From contig NW_021824211.1 in assembly GCF_006345805.1 (NCBI RefSeq), forward strand, positions 1 to 19,483: a stretch of 19,483 bases of DNA, in the 5' to 3' direction. Position numbers and translations under genes: made by a program. The notes beneath the pieces were generated by a model, which worked only from the letters and a program-made list of their open reading frames with translations, was not told the DNA's origin and did not search any database. Source of the DNA: Octopus sinensis (lineage: Eukaryota). This document shows positions 10,061-19,114 of this stretch, piece by piece; the first letter of the stretch is position 1, and every line of letters begins with the position of its first letter.

Positions 10061-10665
10061 AAGGCGTGTCTGTGTAGTAAAAACCTTGCGTCATAACCAC
10101 GTGATTCCGAGTTCAGTCCTACTGCGTGGGCCGACCAATGGTTGGAGAGTGGAAATATACGTGTGTGTGCGTGTGTGTGTGTCTTTGTGTCCGTTTGTCC
10201 CTCACAACCGCTTGACAACCGGTATTGGTGTGTTTAAGGCGGTGAGCTGGCAGAAACGTTAGCACGCCGGGCGAAATGCTTTGCGGTATTTCGTCCGCCG
10301 CTATGTTCTGAGTTCAAATTCCGTCGAGGTCGTCTTTGCCTTTCATCCTTTCGGGGTCGATTAAATAAGTACCAGTTACGCACTGGGGTCGATATAATCC
10401 ACTTAATCCATTTGTCTGTCCTTGTTTGTCCCCTCTGTGTTTAGCCCCTTGTGGGCTAGTAAACAAATAGGTATTGGTGTGTTTACGTATTTGTAATTCA
10501 ACGGTTCAGCGAAAGAAATCGATAGAATAAGCAGCACTTCATTTTTAATGGAAATGAAGTGCCGAGGTGGACTCATTCGACTAAAAATTCCCCAAGGCGA
10601 TGCTCCAGCATGGTCGCAGTCTAATCACTGAAACAAGTAAAAGATAAAAAGATAGATGAAAGATA
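10061..10665 (+). mobile_element. Diverged SINE family A interrupted by a SINE B insertion
   Basis: Head at 10061, body resumes after 10485, tail GGCGATGCTCCAGCATGG...GTAAAAGAT. Confidence 0.85.
10237..10469 (+). mobile_element. Full-length SINE B monomer with 16-bp target-site duplication
   Basis: GGTATTGGTGTGTTTA at 10221-10236 and 10470-10485. Confidence 0.93.
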
Positions 10666-10722
10666 CAAAACTCAACATGTAAAAAATCATAATTAAAAAC
10701 AAACCAAACTCAAATTAAATAA

Positions 10723-10940
10723 ACCCCTCTACTATAAGCACTAGGCCTGAAATTTTGCGGAGTGGGGGGACTAATCAATTACCTCAATCCAATGCTCGAC
10801 TGGTATTTATTTTTATCGATCCCGGAAGGATGAAAGGCAAAGTTGACCTCGGTGGAATTTGAACTCGGAATGTGAAGACGTACTAAATGTTACAAAGCAT
10901 TTTGTCCGGCCTGCTAACGATTCTGCCAGCTCGCCCCCTT
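10723..10940 (-). mobile_element. SINE family B monomer, diverged
   Basis: Reverse complement of head, B box, core and tail. Confidence 0.88.
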
Positions 10941-10959
10941 AAAGCCAAATTACATAATA

Positions 10960-11539
10960 GTTTCTACTTGAGGCAAAAGGGCTGAAATTTGTGGGGAGGG
11001 GACTAGTCGATTACACCGACCCCAGTACGCAACTGGTACCTAAATTATCGACTCCGAAAGGATGAAAGGCACAGTCGATCTTGGTGGAATTTGAACTCAG
11101 GACGTAGCGGCAGACGAAATGCCTATTTCTTTACTACCCACAAGGGGTTAAACACAGAGAGGACAAACAAGGACAAACAAACGGATTAATTCGACTACAT
11201 CGACCCCAGTACGCAACTGGTACTCAATTTATCGACCCGAAAGGGTGAAAGGCAAAGTCGACCTCGGCGGAATTTGAACTCAGAACGTAGCGGCAGACGA
11301 AATACCTATTTCTTTACTACCCACAAGGAGCTAAACACAGAGGGGACAAACAAGGACAGACAAACGGATTAAGACGATTACATCGACCCCAGTGCGTAAC
11401 TGGTACTTAATTTATCGACCCCGAAAGGATGAAAGGCAAAGTCGACCTCGGCGGAATTTGAACTCAGGACGTAGCGGCAGACGAAATACCGCTAAGCATT
11501 TCATCCAGCGTGCAAACGATTCTGCCAGATCGCCGCTTT
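10960..11539 (-). mobile_element. SINE family B trimer (one head, three bodies)
   Basis: Unit boundaries GAAAT(A/G)CC end at 11123, 11306 and 11490 (periods 183 and 184). Confidence 0.92.
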
Positions 11540-11557
11540 AAAGTCAAATTAAATAAT

Positions 11558-11853
11558 GATTTCAAATTTTGGCACAAGGCCAGCAAGTTCGGAGGAGGGT
11601 GTAAATCGATTACATCTACCCCAGTACTCAACTGGTACTAATTTAATCGACCCTGACAAGATGAAAGGCAAAGTCGACCTCGGCACAATTTGAACTCAGA
11701 ACGTAAAGACGGACGAAATGCAGCTAAGCATTTTGCTCGGCGCGCTAAAGATTCTGCCAGCTCGCCTCCTTAAAGTAGATTACACCGACCCCAGTATTCA
11801 ACCCCGAAAAGATGAAAGGCAAAGTCGACCCCGGCAGCATTTGAACTCAGAAC
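11558..11853 (-). mobile_element. SINE family B monomer (11558-11771) plus internal fragment (11774-11853)
   Basis: Same core and head; alternative tail reading CCTTGTGCCAAAATTTGAAATC on the minus strand. Confidence 0.88.
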
Positions 11854-11874
11854 TCAAAGTTAAGCATATCGATA

Positions 11875-12042
11875 AAGGGGCCGTATGAAAATTCATTTAA
11901 ATAAATGGGCTGGGAACCAATTTTGGGGAACCACTGTGAAAAGGTTGGGAATCACTCTTGCAGAAGAATAGCCTGCTTATTTTAACAACAAAATCTAATA
12001 TGGAGATCCAAGGGCCGTATGGAGCCCGGTTGAGAACCACTG
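11875..12042. mobile_element. Cluster of hAT/Charlie-like termini
   Basis: TTTGGGGAACCACTG (to 11936), AGGTTGGGAATCACT (to 11956) and GGTTGAGAACCACTG (12028-12042) are reverse complements of CAGTGGTTC(T/C)CAA-type TIRs. Confidence 0.55.
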
Positions 12043-12377
12043 CTGTGAAACTTTCAGCATAATTAATGAATCTTTAAATTTGTAATTTAATATTTTTAAT
12101 AAAATATAAAACCATGAGAAAGGAAATACTTATTAATAGATTTATTGCTACCGACTGATAACTCCGACGACATCATACAGACTATGAGCTCTTTATTACA
12201 AGTCTTGAAAAGTTTCCTAAAACTATTGCCTGTCGCCTTGAAAAGAGGAGGACGAATGGTGCCATGCAAAAGTGCGGAAACGAAATTTGCTTTGAGGGTA
12301 TAAACCCGTGGCCAAGATATTTTACAAACAAGGTCGATGTTTTCAATTTTGATACCAGAATAAACACGGGTTTATTT

Positions 12378-12496
12378 GGTTTCAAATTTTGGTACCAGGC
12401 CAGTCGACCTCGGCGGAATTTGATCTCAGAACGTAAAGACTGACCAAATGCCGCTAAGGGTTTTGCCCGGTATGTTAACGATTCTGCCAGCTCACC
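12378..12496 (-). mobile_element. SINE family B with internal deletion
   Basis: Tail joined directly to GTCGACCTCGGCGGAATTTG and the head. Confidence 0.8.
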
Positions 12497-12517
12497 TACT
12501 CGAACACTTATTTAATA

Positions 12518-12742
12518 ATGATAATAATAATCCTTTCTACTATAGGCACAAGGTATGAAATTTGGGGGAGGGGGATAGTCGATTACATCGACCCCAGTAC
12601 TCAACTGGTCCTTATTTTATCGACTCCGAAAGGATGAAAGGCAAAGTCGATCTTGGAGTAATTTGAACGTAGGGCGTGAAGACGGACGAAATACCGCTTA
12701 ACATTTCCCCCGGCGCGCTACCGATTCTGTCAGCTCGCCGCC
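12518..12742 (-). mobile_element. SINE family B monomer with (ATT)n tail and 8-bp TSD
   Basis: ATTTAATA at 12510-12517 and 12743-12750. Confidence 0.88.
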
Positions 12743-12810
12743 ATTTAATATTTTTTGACAAACGCCCTAACACTACAGCCAGCTAAACACCTATAATGCT
12801 AATAATAATA

Positions 12811-12953
12811 ATCCTTTCTACTAAAAGTACAGGGCCTGAAATGTGGTGCGAGGGGACACAAGGCCTGAAATCTGGGATGACTACATCGACCCCAATGTAT
12901 CACTGGTACTTAATTTATCGAACCTGAAAAGCTGAAAGACAAAGTCGACCTCG
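12811..12953 (-). mobile_element. SINE family B, 3' part
   Basis: Tail and core up to GTCGACCTCG; local duplication of GGCCTGAAAT. Confidence 0.82.
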
Positions 12954-12954
12954 T

Positions 12955-13160
12955 CTGGCAGAATCGTAAGCACGCTGGACGAAATGCATAGCGGTGTTTC
13001 GTCTGTCGCTATGTTTTAAGTTCAAATTCCGCCGAGGTCGACTTTGCCTCTCATTCTTTCGGGGTCGATAAATTAAGTACCAGTGAAACTGGGGTCGATG
13101 TAATCGACTGGTCCCCTCCCTCACATTTCAGGCCTTGTGCCTACAGTAGAAAGGATTATT
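12955..13160 (+). mobile_element. SINE family B, near full length
   Basis: CTGGCAGAATCG head to AGAAAGGATTATT tail. Confidence 0.9.
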
Positions 13161-13191
13161 ATATTTATATTTATCATTATTATTATTATAT

Positions 13192-13490
13192 TTGTCCATC
13201 CTTCAAATCTGATAAATCCAATAATGGAAAAGTAATGTTTAAAATCTGTCCAAAATGTTTCTACGCTCGTTCGCTTTTCAGGAGGATCTTCAAGCGTTAT
13301 CTTTGCTAAGCCCTTCAATATTTTTCTCTCTGTAGGAATATCATCCAGTTTTTAGAAACACTCTAAAGTGTGTTTCTTCTCCAAGAAGGTTAAATGTACG
13401 TTTCAACCAATAAGCGACTGTTTAGTCTCACCTCCAGCATCTCAGAATTCATAGAGGTGGTCGTAACCAATCTTCTCTTTAATCCCGATG
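13192..13490 (-). pseudogene. Possible decayed coding fragment, perhaps LINE ORF1-like
   Basis: One frame reads as protein-like for about 100 codons with 3 stops: GIKEKIGYDHLYEF*...KILKGLAKITLEDPPEKRTSVETFWTDFKHYFSIIGFI; no diagnostic motif. Confidence 0.2.
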
Positions 13491-14749
13491 GATTAAAGAG
13501 ACCAACAGTACGGTTCCATTAATCAGTTCTAACAGTCTTTTAATTCTAAGTTTAATACCTTCCGATACCACAATGCTGATTTGAAGTAAATGAAGTCGCA
13601 GGAAGCTGTGTTGAATAAAATTTATTCATATAAAATCATATTCAATACGTTCGCGTCTACTCAGACATGTGAAGACCTTTCGCTGCGGAAATAGTCTCAG
13701 GAGAAAATTAATTCTAATTTGCTGAAGCTTTATACACAGCAACAAGTACCGTACGCTATTCTAATGTAAGAGCGAATTGTCTTCTTCGGCTGGGAAAGGC
13801 GCATTTGGAGTTCATTGCTGACTATGAAAAGGAACGCAGAAATACGGGCATCCAACGATCCAATGACGTCATTCACAGCTCAATGCGTTTTCACAAAGGT
13901 CGTCCAAGATGAGAATGTTTTTTCAGGGATTATTTCCGCAACGAAAGGTCTTTTCGCGTCCGATTCTACTCAAGCGTATTAAATGTGACTTTGGTCTGTG
14001 TTTAGCAAACATACCTCATAACTATGTTTCTACCTACAGTCTCCGCTTGTCTCTCTCAGACTATTGGATCTGCTGTCACTTGTTAAACTGAAACCTTACT
14101 GCATGAGTCGACATAGCTCACCCCGAATTTTATTTATTCTGTTGTATCTCAAGGTCAGGTTATAATCTTTACACACTTCAATCCAATTTGAAGGAAAGAT
14201 ATAGTAAAGTATTTAAACTCAGGTTAAAATGAAGCCCGATAGATATCGAGCTATAAATATTTAAACAGAACATCAACTCTATCATTCTGAGCAATCTGGG
14301 AGGCTTTGCAAATATCATGGACATTGCATATTCATATTTGACAAATTTGTTAACAAATCTTAATAAATTATAAGCTTTTAGAGTAGAATGAACAATTCTG
14401 ACACGATGAACCAATTTTTCGTTGAGATGTCGTCGAGTCAGCTTGATTGTTTCCGAGTTTATTACTGCAATATATTTCACCTCGTTGATACAAAATTTTT
14501 CGCATAGCCAAATCACCGAGTAGATTAAATACATTGCAGCTAATAAGCTCTGATATTCGATCGACCAATCCCATACCGGAAGCAAGCGTGTGAATTCACA
14601 GTGAAGACTCCCTCTGCGCAATTTATACATAGAACCGACTGCAAAAAATAAACAATGCAATGTGTTCGTTTCTGCATATCTATGTTTTGGCCGTGTCTAG
14701 CGAACTTTGTTTATCATAAGATAAACTGCAATTATATTTTGGCATTGAT

Positions 14750-14750
14750 G

Positions 14751-14796
<46 letters not shown>

Positions 14797-14938
14797 CACA
14801 CATTTATATATATATATATACATACATACATACATACACACACATATACATACATATATACGCACACCATACATATATACATACATGCATACATGTATAC
14901 ATACATACAAACATATATATATATATATACATACATAT

Positions 14939-14971
<33 letters not shown>

Positions 14972-15109
14972 TATATATATACATATATATATACACACAC
15001 ATACACATAGATACATACATACATGCATACATACATGCATACATACATGCATACATACATACATACATACATACAACATACATACATACATACATACATA
15101 CATACATAA

Positions 15110-15142
<33 letters not shown>
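14750..15142. repeat. TA/CA/(ACAT)n compound microsatellite
   Basis: Direct reading. Confidence 0.95.
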
Positions 15143-15575
15143 GAATGCTTTCTCGCTGTTCATGAAATTGTATATTCCATAAGGATTTGATGTTTTGGTT
15201 GAAGGATTAGATGTCAGTCATATGGTTAGTTAAGTATTTCATAGAGTCGAGTATTCGTAGAATTTATAAGTTCACTGTTCAGCATCGAGTGATATTGCAA
15301 TATGTTTAAGGAGAAATAAATCGTTACACGAAGAACGGAGCAAGTCGGTGGAAAACTGAAACCTGAATGCGGCATGTTGCAGCAAGTGTCTTATTCGCAG
15401 AGAGACAACATAAACACCAATTGCTGATTATTTGTCTACATTATAACTCCCGATATGTTACGTAGTCGTAGAGCCGGATGTGTCAGGCCTATTTTACTAA
15501 ACAGTTTTTGTGAATAATTTTCCGCCATTTTGGAAACAACCACTTTTTTCTGATCTACAAAGATCTTTTTGGTCT

Positions 15576-15592
15576 TACACACACACACACAC

Positions 15593-15624
<32 letters not shown>

Positions 15625-16195
15625 AAGACATACACACACATATACACACAAAGACACATACACATACACACACACTCACCCTTTCTCTTTCGCTCTCTCT
15701 CTTTCTCTTTCTATCGTTCTTTCTCTCTGTCTTTGTCTTGGTCTCTCTTCTTGTGTCTGTCTTTCTGTCTGTCTCTCTCTCTCTCTTTCTTTCTGTCTGT
15801 CTTCCTCTATCTGTGTCTCTGTCTCGGTCTCTCTTCCTGTCTGTTTCTCTCTCTCCTCTTTCTCTCTCACTCCCTCTTTGTCTCTGTCTCTTTCTCTCTC
15901 CCCTCTTTCTCTCTCTCTCCCTCTTTATTTCTCTCTCCCTCTTTCTCTCTCCCCTCCTTCTCTCTTCCTCTCTTGGTCTCTCTTCCTGTGTCTGTCTTTC
16001 TGTCTATTTCTCTCTCTCTCTCTTTCTCTCTGTCTGTCTGTCCCCCTCTATCTGTGTCTCTGTCTGGTCTCTCTTTCTGTCTATCTGTTTCTCTCTCTCT
16101 CCTTCTTCTCTCTCTCTCTCTCTCTCTCTCTCTTAGTCTCTCTTTCTGTTTATGTCTGCCCGTTTGTTTCTCTCTTTCTCTTACCCTCTTTTTCA
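15576..16195. repeat. (CA)n followed by a ~510-bp CT-rich tract
   Basis: Direct reading. Confidence 0.95.
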
Positions 16196-16475
16196 TATGC
16201 CATGCTTACAAGTGTCAGCAACCATGGACCACCAAGTAAAAACTTACAACAGTGATTCCTTGACGCTTTTTGCCTGTTTATTTACATTCTGCTCGTCTCC
16301 TGTTCCACAGAATTTGCAAATGAGGCAAGTGGGGATGCTATTTAATCCTTAGACAAGGGAACTGGTTGACATGGTATCAGAACATGTCCACACACTAGTG
16401 TGTCTGTGCGACACATGGTCGGGGGCCAACCCTCTCCAGAATCCTGTATATGTTAACCATGGAACCTTCTTGTGT

Positions 16476-16635
16476 TATTTAACCCAGAACTAGGGCTCTT
16501 GAAAGGTACTATCAAAGCGAATCTGGGAGTAATGGTGACTAAGGAATTTTCTTACTCCTCCAAATTCCCGAACTTCAGAGCCCCAGGGTCTTCTGCACCG
16601 GCACCGGTTGCAATTTAATGCTTTGTCTAGGACAC
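16476..16635 (+). repeat. Old dispersed repeat, homologous to 9707-9860
   Basis: Colinear shared blocks; ends AGGACAC. Confidence 0.5.
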
Positions 16636-17734
16636 AAAACTGATAAAGTCCTAAGCAATGTGAGCCTTGACCTGAGTTTTGATAAGGGTATAAAGGTGAA
16701 AACGTCTCTGGCCCTTTTATATTACTAGTATTTTACATTCAGCTCCTGAAAAAGGATCATCTGTTTTGTATGCTAAGCTGACGATGGTTGCGGAGCTTAA
16801 AGTGCAAGAGGCACCCTGAAATGACTGTTGATTTTTCTCTGATTGACTAAAGCAAGAATTTTCTCCACGCAGTAAAAATGGCCTTTGAACTATCTAAAAG
16901 TTTGTTTATTTCACAACACTGCTTCGCGTGCCTACTGTACAGGAAGTATATATACCTCTAGGGTAAAGGGGTGAGATATATTTATCATCCATTTAATACA
17001 GGTGAAACCAAAAGTTAACCACCAGCCGGTCCTATGGTTTCATGTAGATGCAATTAAATAATTCCTCATATACATATTTCTACACTCACACTTTCACTTC
17101 CTTCCTCTTTCCTCTTCTCCTGCCCCTCCCTATATCCTACATCTGATCAAAGAACATACTGGGAAGTCATTATTTTTACGTCCCGACGACAATAAGAAAG
17201 AGATTGGTACCAGTTCTAAACAAAAATGGTACCTCTATATGCTTTCTAGTGCCTCTTCTATCAAATTCAGACCAACTCTTAGATCTATCGAAGTGAAATT
17301 TAAACTTCCAAACATCGCATTTTGTAACGGAGACCGTTCAAATTGTTAATGCTTGCATTCCTTACTTCTGTTCCATCGACCATAACTATAAGACAGGAAA
17401 TTGTCTACTTCTTAGAGAACTTACTGAAGTAGTCTACTCTTTACACAGAATCTTGGTGGCAAATATTTATAGACACGAAGTATCAGGTTTATAACGGAGC
17501 GTAAACGATATTGTGTGGTACCGTGTACTCTCCTTTCTGTGGTATGTAAAAGAGTACGCGTTAAGGACATGCTTCATTGTTTGATACACAATTTGCATCA
17601 ATTGCATCAAGTATTTGTTTTATACCCTTATAAATTAAAGCTCAGTTTAAACGGACGATCGGCAGGAATGGGTTAAGATTCTTCGCTGATTTGCAATCTG
17701 TTGGCAAGTGCCGTAGAGTAGAACTTTTCTAAGG

Positions 17735-17785
17735 CAGCGGTCCCTACCCAAAGGTCCGTGGATCATTTGGTGCCAGGCTGCACAA
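17735..17785 (+). mobile_element. hAT/Charlie-like 5' terminal fragment
   Basis: CAGCGGTCCCTACC...GGTCCGTGG resembles CAG(C/G)GGTCCCCAACC TIR starts. Confidence 0.45.
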
Positions 17786-17865
17786 AACAATAAATTTTAA
17801 AATTTCATTTATATTTTATTGACCATTGCTGCTTACAAAGTGATTTTTGCATTATGTATGTATTA

Positions 17866-17952
17866 CAGTAATCCGTCGACTATCGCGGGTTTTACGTTCC
17901 CAAAACCCCCGCGACAGGTGAAAATCCGTGAAGTAGAAACAATGTTGTACTG
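17866..17952 (+). mobile_element. Tigger/pogo-like terminal fragment or mini-MITE
   Basis: TA|CAGTAATCCGTCG...TACTG|TA with internal hairpin TCGCGGG..CCCGCGA (17883-17914). Confidence 0.55.
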
Positions 17953-17959
17953 TATATTT

Positions 17960-18093
17960 TGTACACAAGAAATGTATTAGTTTGACATTCAGTGAAAGGA
18001 GAGAGTTTGACGTTTCGAGCATAGCTCTTTGTGAGGAAAAGAAAAAGGGAAAAGTCCAAAGATGAAGAAGAAATCGTCAACGGATATACAAAT
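17960..18093 (-). mobile_element. Second Penelope-like terminal-repeat fragment with decayed hammerhead motif
   Basis: Minus strand CTCACAA-A-GAGC tat GCTC-GAAA-CGTC-AAA...ACTAATACA, colinear with the 4398-4610 element. Confidence 0.55.
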
Positions 18094-18231
18094 GGTTCCA
18101 AATTTTGGTAAAGGTCAGTAGTTTTTGAAGAAAGACAGGAAGTTGATCTCAGCTGAATTTGTACTCAAAACGTAAAGAAATGCCGCGAAGCAGTTTGTCC
18201 GACGTTGTAACGGGTTTGCCAGCTCACGGCC
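18094..18231 (-). mobile_element. Degenerate SINE family B
   Basis: CAAATTTTGG tail, GAATTTGTACTCA B-box remnant and TGCCAGCTC head remnant. Confidence 0.65.
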
Positions 18232-18258
18232 TGACACACACACACAACACACACACAC

Positions 18259-18306
<48 letters not shown>

Positions 18307-18308
18307 TA

Positions 18309-18438
18309 TTTTATTCTTTCACTTGTTTCAGTCATTTGACTGCGGCCATGCTGTAACACCGCCATTAGCCGTACAAATCGACTTCAGGACTTATTCTTTG
18401 TAAGCCTAGTACTTATTCTATCGGTCGCTTTTGCCGAA
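18309..18438 (-). mobile_element. SINE family A, 3' portion
   Basis: Matches 2635-2757. Confidence 0.88.
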
Positions 18439-18797
18439 TATAGATATATATCCATTTGAGGATTTCTCCAAGGTGTTAATCCCTCATTCTCGTGTTTGGC
18501 CGAAAGACTGTAAATATTCCGTCTTCGTCTATCGTTTGAAATTACATTTGTGAACTTTCGTACGTCCACCCTGTACTGTCTTGTTCGCTCGATCCCTAAT
18601 TCTACGCAAATCTTGCGGGTGCCGCCGACATACGAAGTTCCCAGCCTTATCATTAAAGGCATGAAACTGGGTATATGTATTTTTGGTCGATAACTGAGGA
18701 AGAATTAGGGTCCTTGTGTCTGTCCCACGTCTACGTTTTGTAGTATTTAATGCATTTTTATTTAGGGAATAATGAACTTCACGCATCCTGACTTTCG

Positions 18798-18798
<1 letters not shown>

Positions 18799-18875
<77 letters not shown>

Positions 18876-18876
18876 T
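18799..18876. repeat. (TA)n microsatellite
   Basis: Direct reading. Confidence 0.95.
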
Positions 18877-18901
18877 ATACTTTATTTAAAAGCAGCAGAA
18901 A

Positions 18902-18960
18902 TTCAACAAAACCTGTTACTCGGAGTTTCACGTTCTCGTTCGTCGGACAGTTTTGTTAAA
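18902..18960 (-). ncRNA. Type I hammerhead ribozyme fold (U4C core variant)
   Basis: Minus strand TTTAACAAAACTGT-CCGACGA-ACG agaa CGT-GAAA-CT ccg AG-T-A-ACAGGTTTTGTTGAA: ~14-bp stem I with one bulge, 3-bp stem II, short stem III, GUA cleavage triplet. Confidence 0.75.
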
Positions 18961-19033
18961 ATAGAACCGATATGACAATTCGGTATTTAAATACTCTTTT
19001 TTCCAACTTGTTTCACATTTATGTGTTTACTCC

Positions 19034-19035
<2 letters not shown>

Positions 19036-19114
<79 letters not shown>

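Noticed and set aside
10706-11853. CRISPR-like or satellite array
   Set aside because: The repeated units are SINE bodies, and the sequences between the short repeats are homologous to each other rather than unique spacers; eukaryotic context, no cas genes.
13640-13675. Possible further hammerhead on the minus strand (GTCT/AGAC stem then GCGAACGTA)
   Set aside because: No CUGANGA box and the GAAA box is incomplete.
15522-15533. YY1-like CCGCCATTTTGG; also CAAGATGGCG near 2082 and CRE-like TGACGTCA at 13864
   Set aside because: Isolated short motifs with no promoter context.
15510-16255. Leu/Ser-rich membrane-protein-like ORFs
   Set aside because: Direct product of the CT-rich tract.
17260-17330. 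PTLRSIEVKFKLPNIAFCN resembling the DEG/ENaC FPAVTICN motif
   Set aside because: No preceding transmembrane helix and a stop follows within a few codons.
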